Below, piece by piece: positions 38,480 to 47,736 of a stretch of 64,000 bases of DNA (its first letter is position 1; each line of letters opens with the position of its first letter). Source of the DNA: a virus (Duplodnaviria > Caudoviricetes); the IMG/VR virus record IMGVR_UViG_3300025141_000018; one strand, given 5' to 3'. The notes under the pieces were generated by a model. It saw nothing but the letters and a program-made list of their open reading frames with translations. It had not been told where the DNA came from and made no database searches. Both the position numbers and the translations under genes were made by a program.

Positions 38480-39553
38480 GTGGCACACTATGATGTTATC
38501 GCTGGAACAGATACCGTTTCACAAGCACAATTTACTGAAATTTATAACAGTATAAACAAAGTATTTGGAGATCTCTATCCAGGTGCTGTGTCAACATTAC
38601 TCGGTGCTAATTGTGTTAATTACAAATTCGGTTGGGGAAACAGAAACTCAAAACAACATTCCGCGAAAATAACACATTTAGATTGGAATCAATTAATTGC
38701 TCGCTTAAATATAATTTTGGAACATACTGGTTATACCTTGACAGCAGGCGGAAATTCTGTTACACTTGTAACACGTGGCGAAACAATTAAAGCCACACAC
38801 TATAATGCTATTGCTGATGGCATTAATGAGCTTTTAACAAAGACTGTAACCATTAATGCAGGTAAGGTTTATACAAGAAATTACTATAATTATGTTTCGG
38901 CTTCACAAGCAGAACTATTAAATTTTACAACTATAACTAGAGAAGATGCATGGACAAATGCAATAGTATCTGAAATAAAACTTAGTTTTAGTGATTTTGA
39001 TGATGTACGTTATTGGCATAATAGCGGAGCCGATGTAAGGATTACACCAACAACAGCAGGCTCAACCACAACGGCCGGAACAACATGGGCTGGTATTGTA
39101 TCAAAAATAGGCACTTATTATTGGACCATCGACGGAGCCAATTATACCGGAACAGGTGGAACAATATATGGTCTTAATTTTTGCAACTTAACAACTGATT
39201 ATAAACTATCATTTGTTAGTGGAGCATCATCGGGTTATAGCGGATATTCAGGATATTCCGGGTATAGTGGATATAGCGGATATTCAGGATACAGTGGATA
39301 TAGCGGTAGCGGATATTCAGGATACAGTGGTTACTCTGCTGATAGGGTAAAAATATATGTCAAATTAATAGATAACGAATTATATTTTAAAGTACAATAT
39401 ATAAGTTCCATGGGAGCTCCGATAGACGGAACCCAATCAATACAATGGCAATGTCGTGCAGGAGCAGACATAGCAAGCCGTGGTATTAAACATCATACAA
39501 CAAAGCCAAGTTATAGTATTATAAATACCATGACAAGTTCCGACGATTCGTAA
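38480..39553 (+). CDS. Virion structural / fibre protein with Ser-Gly-Tyr repeat tract
   Basis: GTG start with AAGGA RBS. FSDFDDVRYWHNSGADVRIT motif. (SGY)8-SG-(SGY)3 tract. Confidence 0.65.
   Translation: MAHYDVIAGTDTVSQAQFTEIYNSINKVFGDLYPGAVSTLLGANCVNYKFGWGNRNSKQHSAKITHLDWNQLIARLNIILEHTGYTLTAGGNSVTLVTRGETIKATHYNAIADGINELLTKTVTINAGKVYTRNYYNYVSASQAELLNFTTITREDAWTNAIVSEIKLSFSDFDDVRYWHNSGADVRITPTTAGSTTTAGTTWAGIVSKIGTYYWTIDGANYTGTGGTIYGLNFCNLTTDYKLSFVSGASSGYSGYSGYSGYSGYSGYSGYSGYSGSGYSGYSGYSADRVKIYVKLIDNELYFKVQYISSMGAPIDGTQSIQWQCRAGADIASRGIKHHTTKPSYSIINTMTSSDDS
39230..39337 (+). repeat. Coding 9-nt tandem repeat, (SGY)8 SG (SGY)3 S
   Basis: Eleven TCN/AGY-GGN-TAY units. All six Ser codons occur in the tract. 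Confidence 0.95.
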
Positions 39554-39562
39554 AAAGGAAAT

Positions 39563-39916
39563 ATGGATGAAAGATTACAAAAAGCATTAGACTTCACAAA
39601 CTACAGATTAGTGCTAGAAAATCAAAAAAATAACCTTAAACTTGCTTCAGATCAAAATCTCCATGTCATACATTCAGGACAAAAAATTAAAATAACGCAC
39701 TCACTTATTAGTTTTCTTGGTACATTAAAACAAGAAAAACAAAAGGAAACTACACTTATTGATGCCTATGATAATCCTGTAAAAATTGACAATATAGATG
39801 AGTTATTAAAATCATGTATTGAAAAATATAACTCAACAATGAATGACTGGAATATACAATTTAGTAAGATTAAAAAAGCAAGAAATATGGAAAAATTATT
39901 AGATGCCTCAAAATAA
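39563..39916 (+). CDS. Hypothetical protein (117 aa)
   Basis: MDERLQKALDFTNYR start with AAGGA RBS. Links the tail module to the glycan island. Confidence 0.7.
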   Translation: MDERLQKALDFTNYRLVLENQKNNLKLASDQNLHVIHSGQKIKITHSLISFLGTLKQEKQKETTLIDAYDNPVKIDNIDELLKSCIEKYNSTMNDWNIQFSKIKKARNMEKLLDASK

Positions 39917-40811
39917 TGGATTATGTGCCTTTGCATATAATAATGATGAAATCAACTATGTTGAAATGGCATATATTTGTGCATTACACGCAAAAGCATA
40001 TTTAAAAAATAATAACTTTTGTTTAATTACTGACGAGGGTTCCCTCTCGTATATGAAACAATTATACAAGCCTAAAATATTAGAAAAAGTTATCGACGTT
40101 GTAATGGTAACAGAAAATCCCCTTGAAGATATGGGGGAAAATAAAAATATACGGAATCATTTTGATAGTCCGTGGACTGAATTTAGAGCCCCATTTATTA
40201 ATAGCAATAAACACGAAGTGTATCAAATTACTCCGTATGATAAAACTATTTTAATAGATTTAGATTACCTTGTGATGTCAAACATGTTAGATAGTTATTT
40301 TGAAATGAATTCGCCAATAGGTATGTTTGTTAATGCAAAAAACATTCGTGGAAATAACCCATTATGGAAAGAAATATGGTTACATAATGCAGGTATAAAA
40401 ATGAAATGGTCGACTGTTATTGCATTTGATAAAAGTGACGAGGCAAAAATATTTTTTGATATGTGGGAATATGTTAAGGATAATTATAATTACTTTAAAT
40501 TTTTATATAACTTTCCACAAGGACTATACAGGACTGATTATTGTGTAAGTATTGCTTCGCATATTATGTCTGATTCAAAAGAATCAGACTGGTATAATTT
40601 TAACGAAAGAATGTACTTTAGTGATCAGAAAGATGAGATATATGATTTTAATGACGGGATATATAGCATTATGGCTAATGATCAAAAAGAAAACTGGAAA
40701 GACATTCCAGTGACATGGAGAGATGTAGATATTCATATGATGAATAAACGATCAATTAGTAGAATAGCACCTAAGGTAATAGAATATTATGAAAAAGAGC
40801 TCAACTTATAA
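39903..40811 (+). CDS. Nucleotide-diphospho-sugar transferase-like (GT-A)
   Basis: TPYDKTILIDLD (DxD), NSNKHEVY, YRTDY motifs. Confidence 0.65.
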   Translation: MPQNNGLCAFAYNNDEINYVEMAYICALHAKAYLKNNNFCLITDEGSLSYMKQLYKPKILEKVIDVVMVTENPLEDMGENKNIRNHFDSPWTEFRAPFINSNKHEVYQITPYDKTILIDLDYLVMSNMLDSYFEMNSPIGMFVNAKNIRGNNPLWKEIWLHNAGIKMKWSTVIAFDKSDEAKIFFDMWEYVKDNYNYFKFLYNFPQGLYRTDYCVSIASHIMSDSKESDWYNFNERMYFSDQKDEIYDFNDGIYSIMANDQKENWKDIPVTWRDVDIHMMNKRSISRIAPKVIEYYEKELNL

Positions 40812-41652
40812 AAAATGGAAGATAACGCCAATAGAAGCAGACTTTGGTATTACATTGTTATTAGATAAAAATAGTGATCCAGTACAAAAAGACTGTTTGT
40901 TTGTATGTGTTAAAAGTATTAAAAAATCATATCCTGATGTTCCTATTGCAGTAATAACAGATCAAAAGTTAAACATGAAAGAAATTGATTATCTTATTCC
41001 GCAGGAAATTGCTATTGATAGTTATTGGACTGATAAGAAAATTAATCTTTGCACTTTGTATTGGCTAACCCCATTTAAAGTTACGTTATTTCTTGATAAT
41101 GATTTTATAATAACCGACAATCAAAATTTTAATCAGTACTATATTGAATTAATTAAAACAATAACTTTTCCGCAAACTGTTTTAAGTTTTAGAGGATACA
41201 AGTTACCATATAATCATAGAGTACTAGAAGAAAACAATATTCAAACTATTCTTCCTCATACTTTTGCATTTAAAAGAGATGACGAAACTACGTTAGAGTT
41301 TTTTAATTTATGGTATCAAGTTTGTCAATATTGGCAATCATTTTTTCCATATGTTAACAAGACTATTAAATTTAAAAACTTTGATTCAACAATAGCATTA
41401 TCATTGACTGCTCATATATTGGGCATAACTAAAGAAATTAAAAGTAATGTATACACATATGTACATATGAATCCGTTCTTAGAAAGAACATTTCCTGGAA
41501 TTAGAAATCCAGCATGGTCATCCTTCTTAAAAATATGGCCTTCTGACGATGGAATAGCAATAGAAAATTATAAAGTAAATAAGTTACTACATTACAAAGA
41601 TAAAAAAGTTATCTCAATATATAAGAAGCAATTACATGAGTGGTTACGTTGA
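40789..41652 (+). CDS. GT-A-like paralogue
   Basis: SIKKSYPDVPIAVITD and TPFKVTLFLDND (DxD). Similar to the preceding gene. Confidence 0.6.
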   Translation: MKKSSTYKKWKITPIEADFGITLLLDKNSDPVQKDCLFVCVKSIKKSYPDVPIAVITDQKLNMKEIDYLIPQEIAIDSYWTDKKINLCTLYWLTPFKVTLFLDNDFIITDNQNFNQYYIELIKTITFPQTVLSFRGYKLPYNHRVLEENNIQTILPHTFAFKRDDETTLEFFNLWYQVCQYWQSFFPYVNKTIKFKNFDSTIALSLTAHILGITKEIKSNVYTYVHMNPFLERTFPGIRNPAWSSFLKIWPSDDGIAIENYKVNKLLHYKDKKVISIYKKQLHEWLR

Positions 41653-42631
41653 AACAGTTGACAGGAATCATAAATTGTGGGTTTATAGTAACAAATATAC
41701 TGGTGCGGTTTTAGAGTTTAGACATAGACCAAGCGAAACGTATGATACAGAAAATATACGTGAAACATTGCACCAAACAGAAGACGTTAAAGGATACTTA
41801 GAAGAAGATGTTAATTATAATAAACTTCAAGTACACTATAATCCCGACATTCGTGATTACGATATAAAACTTAAAGATAATAAAATTAACATTCGTGTTG
41901 ATGAACAATCCTTATTTCAAGTTCCTGAATTTGAGTGGGATAATACGTATGGCGACATTAATGTAATCATTGATAAAGATAATGATGTTTTATATTTCAA
42001 AGTAGGACAACAAATATATGACGAATTACTAAACTTAGAATTAAGTAATCAAGTTAATATTACAACTAATCAAAACGTTTTAGAATTTTGGATTACAAAG
42101 AAGAACCAGCCACACATTTTGTTAGATACTTTAAAATTAAACACAAAACAATTTTTAGCAGATGGACAATATACATTTGATATTTCTGATATTAAAACTC
42201 ACGTAAATTATAATGAACTAAGTATTTTTACACAACGTCTTTTCTCAGATTATAAGATGTTTTATAAAAACCAATTTTCAGCAATACTTGAAAACCAAGA
42301 AAAATTTCATACAATTCAAGTAGCAATGCATGAAAAATATTCAGACTTAGCAATTTGGCAAGAACAAGTAGAACTAGATTATAAAACTAACACATATTCA
42401 AAACGTTATGCTTGTATGTCGTCTATTAAAAACTTTGCAAAGTACGATATTTTAGATGACTATATACAATTATATTGTGTAAACAAAAACAATACAAACG
42501 ATTTAATCGACGTTATACGAATACCTATATTAGAAATAAAAAACGAACGAGTATATAACTTTTGGATTAATACAAATGAAGAAGTAAACTTTCTTCATAA
42601 TCACCAAAAAATCTTAATGGGCATACAATGA
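41636..42631 (+). CDS. Hypothetical protein (331 aa)
   Basis: Long ORF overlapping both neighbours. No motif recognised. Confidence 0.7.
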   Translation: MSGYVETVDRNHKLWVYSNKYTGAVLEFRHRPSETYDTENIRETLHQTEDVKGYLEEDVNYNKLQVHYNPDIRDYDIKLKDNKINIRVDEQSLFQVPEFEWDNTYGDINVIIDKDNDVLYFKVGQQIYDELLNLELSNQVNITTNQNVLEFWITKKNQPHILLDTLKLNTKQFLADGQYTFDISDIKTHVNYNELSIFTQRLFSDYKMFYKNQFSAILENQEKFHTIQVAMHEKYSDLAIWQEQVELDYKTNTYSKRYACMSSIKNFAKYDILDDYIQLYCVNKNNTNDLIDVIRIPILEIKNERVYNFWINTNEEVNFLHNHQKILMGIQ

Positions 42632-43599
42632 GAATACCAATTACAGAATACGATGTTGTATTCATTAGTTATGATGAGCCTAATGCTGATGATAATTATG
42701 CAGATTTACTTAATAAAATTCCATGGGCTAAACGTTCGCACGGAATATGGGGAAGCGATGCCGCACATAAGGCGGCCGCGGAAATAGCCGAAACTGATAG
42801 ATTTATTGGTATTGATGCTGATAATATTATTGATCCTGAATTTTTAAATATCGAATTAGATGATACAAAAATTGATATGTCTGTTGATGTTATTAGCTGG
42901 AGTGCTAAAAATCAAGTAAACGGTTTAGTATATGGCAATGGAGGAATTAAATGTTGGCCTAAAGCCGTAGTTGAAAACATGATGACACATGAGAATTCCA
43001 ATTCTAAAGAAGGACAAGTAGACTTTTGTTGGGACATACATTATGTGCAAATGAATAATATTTATAGTACAATTTTTAATAATGCAACTCCATATCAAGC
43101 ATATAGAGCAGGCTTTCGCGAAGGTTGTAAGATGAGTTTAGATATGGGAGATGTTGTACCTGCAGACCAATTTAAAGCACGAGTACACTATAAAAATTAT
43201 AAACGATTATTAGTATGGATGTCTGTTGGTGCAGATACATTAAATGGTTGGTGGTGTATGTATGGTGCTCGCTTAGGATGTTGGATGACAAACTTTGAAC
43301 GAGATAATTGGAATTGGGTTGATGTACGTGATTTTGAATGGCATACACGTTACTGGAAAGAGAATATTGCTCCACAATTTGAAAGTGAAGTAAATGCTGG
43401 GGTAACCTGTACTTATACAGGTTGGACATATGACTTTGATAAATTAATATCTGAGACATGTAGAATAGGCGAAGATTTAAGATCAGAATTAAACTTAGAA
43501 ATTGCCGATCTTGATGATTTAGGTAGTAAATTCTTTAAAGAAACTTACACAAATCCGCCACGAACCGCTCCATTAATTAGAGAGGATCAAATAATATGA
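42628..43599 (+). CDS. Glycosyltransferase family 2-like
   Basis: DVVFISYDEP, AHKAAA, FIGIDADN (DxD), YGNGGIKCW, AYRAGFREGCK motifs. Confidence 0.7.
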   Translation: MRIPITEYDVVFISYDEPNADDNYADLLNKIPWAKRSHGIWGSDAAHKAAAEIAETDRFIGIDADNIIDPEFLNIELDDTKIDMSVDVISWSAKNQVNGLVYGNGGIKCWPKAVVENMMTHENSNSKEGQVDFCWDIHYVQMNNIYSTIFNNATPYQAYRAGFREGCKMSLDMGDVVPADQFKARVHYKNYKRLLVWMSVGADTLNGWWCMYGARLGCWMTNFERDNWNWVDVRDFEWHTRYWKENIAPQFESEVNAGVTCTYTGWTYDFDKLISETCRIGEDLRSELNLEIADLDDLGSKFFKETYTNPPRTAPLIREDQII

Positions 43600-43650
43600 G
43601 TATATTAAATGAAAATTGGGAAATATGAGTATATTAAATGAAAATTGGGA
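43593..43650 (+). repeat. Perfect 29-bp tandem duplication spanning a stop/start junction
   Basis: AATATGAGTATATTAAATGAAAATTGGGA at 43593-43621 and again at 43622-43650. Confidence 0.9.
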
Positions 43651-45133
43651 AAAAAGAGGTAATTATATAGTTCATTCGTCGCATAATTTTGAATTAATGA
43701 AAAACAAACAAGACGAAATAGGTCCTGGGTTTTGTATAGCAAAGTGGAATCAAGTTTCGTTACATTTAGAAACAGGATTAACACATAGTTGTCATCATCC
43801 AACAGCTCATGAAATACCGTTAGCAGAATTAGAAAAAAATCCTTCTGCATTACACAATACAGAGTTTAAAAAACAACAAAGAAAACTCATGCTTGAAGGT
43901 AATAGGCCTAAAGAATGCGATTATTGTTGGCGTATTGAAGATCAAAATCAGTATAGCGATCGGCAAATGAAAACTATCGAGCCTTGGGCATTAAAAGATT
44001 TTGATGAAATAAGTTTAATGACCGGTGATGAAAATGTTCCTCCAAAATATTTAGAAGTTAGTTTTACTAATGCATGTAATCAAAAATGTATATATTGTGG
44101 GCCTGAATTTAGTACGGCTTGGATAGAAGAATTGAAGGAACACGGACCAGTAGTAGTTCTAAAAGAATATAATAACTATAAACGTATAGAGCAAGGATGG
44201 CAAAATTTAGATGATCTTTATTATAAAAAAAATCAAACCAATCCTTATATAGATGCATTTTGGAAATGGTTTCCAGAAATTTATGATAAATTAGAAATAT
44301 ACAGAATAACAGGAGGCGAACCTTTATTAAGCAAAGATACTTTTAAAAGTATGGAGTTTTTTTTAAAAAATCCCAATCCTAATTTAGCATTAGCAATTAA
44401 TAGTAACCTTAGTGTACCTGAAAAAGTATGGTCAAAATTTATAAATTTATGTAAAAATCTCATTACTTCAAAAGCAATAAGTAAATTAACAATATTTACA
44501 AGTATAGAAAGTTGGGGCGAACAAGCAAATTATGCTAGATATGGTTTAGATTTTGATGTTTATAGACAACGTATAGAAGAAATTGCAAATATAAATGATT
44601 TAAGATGTGTTTTTATGTCTACTTATAATATTTTGAGTGTACCTTCTTTTTATAAAATATTAGAATGGCAATTAGAGCTAAAGAAAAAATACAATACAAT
44701 AAATTTAGATAAAGAAAAACCATCACATTCTTGGTTGATGGGTATAGATATTCCGTACCTTAGACATCCTCAATATTTAGATGTAGGTATTCTCACAGAT
44801 GATATAAAAGAAAAATATATGTTACCTTGTTTAGATTTCATGAAAAACAATATTTCGTCAGACCATACTGGATTTGAAGAATACGAAATGATTAAGTTTC
44901 AACGTATTATCGAATCATTTGATGTTCCTAAAAACAATAAAACAAAATTAAGTATACGTAGAGCAAAATTTTATGATGTAATAAATGAAATGGACAAAAG
45001 ACGAGGTACAAATTTTTTAAAGACTTTTCCTGAATTAAAAGAATTTTATTTTGAATGTGAAAAAAATAGGAATATGATAAAATATGCAGTAAATGTAGTA
45101 GTTGATAGAGAAGCATATGAGTACGGTCCATAA
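43625..45133 (+). CDS. Radical SAM protein with N-terminal Cys/His auxiliary domain
   Basis: FCIAKW, HSCHH, ECDYCW, then CNQKCIYC (CxxxCxxC) and ITGGEP. Confidence 0.85.
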   Translation: MSILNENWEKRGNYIVHSSHNFELMKNKQDEIGPGFCIAKWNQVSLHLETGLTHSCHHPTAHEIPLAELEKNPSALHNTEFKKQQRKLMLEGNRPKECDYCWRIEDQNQYSDRQMKTIEPWALKDFDEISLMTGDENVPPKYLEVSFTNACNQKCIYCGPEFSTAWIEELKEHGPVVVLKEYNNYKRIEQGWQNLDDLYYKKNQTNPYIDAFWKWFPEIYDKLEIYRITGGEPLLSKDTFKSMEFFLKNPNPNLALAINSNLSVPEKVWSKFINLCKNLITSKAISKLTIFTSIESWGEQANYARYGLDFDVYRQRIEEIANINDLRCVFMSTYNILSVPSFYKILEWQLELKKKYNTINLDKEKPSHSWLMGIDIPYLRHPQYLDVGILTDDIKEKYMLPCLDFMKNNISSDHTGFEEYEMIKFQRIIESFDVPKNNKTKLSIRRAKFYDVINEMDKRRGTNFLKTFPELKEFYFECEKNRNMIKYAVNVVVDREAYEYGP

Positions 45134-46592
45134 AGCATTTTTAGAGCCTACTGTTAACTATATTAAACGAGTTCTCAATTCAAAAAGTAAATCATTTTGC
45201 GGAGCAAAATGGTATAATGCAACTATATGGTTAGGACAAGGAGTTAATTCTAGTTGTCATCATCCGCCTCCGCATCCTATAGACCAAAATGAGATTAAAA
45301 CTAATTATAAAGCAATTCATAATACAAAATATAAAAAATTAGTTCGTAAACAAATGTTAGAAGGAATCCGGCCTTCTGAATGCGAATATTGTTGGAAAAT
45401 AGAAGATAATAATATTAATAATATAAGTGATAGATTTCATAAAAGTGTAGTATATACAGAAAAAGAATTGCGAGATATTACTAAATTCAAATGGAATGAA
45501 GATGTAGATTTATTAACATTGGAAATTGCATTTGATAATAATTGTAATTTTGCATGTAGTTATTGTAATCCTACGTGCTCCGCTACATGGAGTAAAGATA
45601 TAAGAACACATGGTGCATATAATAGTTTACAAGGAGCAGATGATGTCGGTTTAACATTTGCTCAAACCGGAGAATGGGCGTTACCATATGGATCAAAAAA
45701 TGAGAATAATCCTTATGTAGAAGCATTTTGGAAATGGTGGGGTGCCGATTTATGTATTACATTAAAAGAATTGCGGGTAACTGGTGGTGAACCAACTGTT
45801 AGTAATAATTTTTGGAAATTACTAGATTGGTGGAAAGAGCATAAAGAATGCCAAGTAATATTAGCAATTAATTCTAATTTGGGTTTTAAATTTGAAATAT
45901 GCGATAAATTAGTTAAAGCTAGCCATTATATAAACACATGTCATATTTACACAAGTAACGAAAGTTATGGCAAACATGCAGAATATATTAGAGATGGATT
46001 AGTTTGGGACCAATGGACTGATAATTTAAATATTATAGCAAAACATAGTAGAATAAAATTAATACATATAATGTTTACGGTTAATGCATTGTGTTTAGCA
46101 AGCATTACAAAATTAATAGAATATATTTTTACTTTTCAAGAAACATATAAAGATATTAAAATAGATATGAGTTTTAATATCTTGCGGTGGCCTAGTTTTC
46201 AAAGTATTACAACATTACCTAAATATTTGGTTGAACAAAAAATTAAAGAATTGGAAGAATTTATAGAACATAATAGTCAGCCACCATATTTTAAGGAAGG
46301 TTTAAAAAGTCATCAAGTAGATAGATTAATTACTTTAATAAATTATTTAAAAAACGAAGTTGAAGGATTTGATGGTGCAACCGATTTAACCAAAAGACAA
46401 CAAAATTTTAAAGCATTTTATACTCAATACGATCAACGCAGAAATAAATCTTTTATTGATACATTTGCTGATTGGCCGGAATTAGTTGAATGGTATAATT
46501 CTTTAGATTATAAATTTGTACCTCAAGAACGAACTAGCGGTGTTCAACCTAAAAATGATCATTATAAAAGAGTGTTAGATGATAAAATATGA
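45102..46592 (+). CDS. Radical SAM protein, paralogue of the preceding gene
   Basis: FCGAKW, SSCHH, ECEYCW, CNFACSYC, VTGGEP. Confidence 0.85.
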   Translation: MIEKHMSTVHKAFLEPTVNYIKRVLNSKSKSFCGAKWYNATIWLGQGVNSSCHHPPPHPIDQNEIKTNYKAIHNTKYKKLVRKQMLEGIRPSECEYCWKIEDNNINNISDRFHKSVVYTEKELRDITKFKWNEDVDLLTLEIAFDNNCNFACSYCNPTCSATWSKDIRTHGAYNSLQGADDVGLTFAQTGEWALPYGSKNENNPYVEAFWKWWGADLCITLKELRVTGGEPTVSNNFWKLLDWWKEHKECQVILAINSNLGFKFEICDKLVKASHYINTCHIYTSNESYGKHAEYIRDGLVWDQWTDNLNIIAKHSRIKLIHIMFTVNALCLASITKLIEYIFTFQETYKDIKIDMSFNILRWPSFQSITTLPKYLVEQKIKELEEFIEHNSQPPYFKEGLKSHQVDRLITLINYLKNEVEGFDGATDLTKRQQNFKAFYTQYDQRRNKSFIDTFADWPELVEWYNSLDYKFVPQERTSGVQPKNDHYKRVLDDKI

Positions 46593-47736
46593 AGATATTA
46601 AAAAAATTCACGTTGAATTAAGTTCAAAATGTAATGCTAATTGCCCTGGATGTCCTCGAAATGTTCAAGGAGGATATGAGCTCCCCTCATTAAAAAAAGC
46701 AGAATTAAGTATAGATGATTTTAAAAAACTTTTTTTAAAAGATTTTTTAAAACAAATAGATTCGATTTTATTTTGCGGTAATTATGGCGATCCTATTACT
46801 TGCAACGACATTATTCCTATATTAACTTATATTAAATCATGTAGTGACGCAAATATAAGAATTCATACTAATGGTAGTCTTAGAACACCCGAATTTTGGA
46901 AAAACATTGCAACTATTCTTTCGCCATCTGATACGATTATATGGAGTATAGATGGATTAAGCGACACGAATCATTTATATAGACGAGGTACTGATTGGAA
47001 TAAAATTATAGATAATGCAACTTCATTTATAGAAGCAGGAGGTATCGCAACTTGGGAATATTTAATTTTTAAGCATAACGAGCATCAAATAAACGAAGCA
47101 CGTGAATTATCAAAAAAATTAGGATTTCAATATTTCGCTCCTAAAAAAGCATTTGGGTTCGAATCAGACAATTATGCAGTTAAAGCAATGCAAGTTGTTA
47201 ATAAAAATGGTGATCATGATTATTTTATACATCCCCCCAGTGAGAAAAATAGAAATATAGATGTTTTAAAAGCAAAGCAAAATAAAAACGAAAAACTATA
47301 TCCTCATTCCTATAATCGTAATAAATTTATTGAAGATTATAATATAAAGTGTAAAGAATTAAATAAACTAGTTTCAGAAGGTTATTTTGATTATTTAGAT
47401 GATGTAGAAGTAAGTTGTAGTACCATAAACAATTCTGAGATATTTATAGATAGTTTCGGAGGAGTTCATCCGTGTTGTTACTTAGGACATGTATCACAAG
47501 AAGCCGATTCACATGTAGAAATTCAATATGCTAATTTTATAAATATGCTAGGAACATCGTATAATTTTAATGGTATTACACATGGTGTTCGTTATATAGT
47601 AGAAAATTCATATTTTAATCTAATAAAAGAAACTTGGTCAAAGACTCATAGAAATGGCCGAATAGCACAATGCTCTAGAATGTGTTCAAAAAACGATAAC
47701 ATTATAGATAGTTTATATAATAAAGAAAATGCATAA
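46579..47736 (+). CDS. Radical SAM protein with C-terminal SPASM/twitch domain
   Basis: CNANCPGC, GNYGDP, HTNG, SIDG, and C-terminal SC...IDSFGGVHPCC...CSRMC. Confidence 0.85.
   Translation: MIKYEDIKKIHVELSSKCNANCPGCPRNVQGGYELPSLKKAELSIDDFKKLFLKDFLKQIDSILFCGNYGDPITCNDIIPILTYIKSCSDANIRIHTNGSLRTPEFWKNIATILSPSDTIIWSIDGLSDTNHLYRRGTDWNKIIDNATSFIEAGGIATWEYLIFKHNEHQINEARELSKKLGFQYFAPKKAFGFESDNYAVKAMQVVNKNGDHDYFIHPPSEKNRNIDVLKAKQNKNEKLYPHSYNRNKFIEDYNIKCKELNKLVSEGYFDYLDDVEVSCSTINNSEIFIDSFGGVHPCCYLGHVSQEADSHVEIQYANFINMLGTSYNFNGITHGVRYIVENSYFNLIKETWSKTHRNGRIAQCSRMCSKNDNIIDSLYNKENA

Noticed and set aside
43593-43650. 29-bp direct repeat as a CRISPR array
   Set aside because: Two abutting copies with no spacer, and no cas genes.
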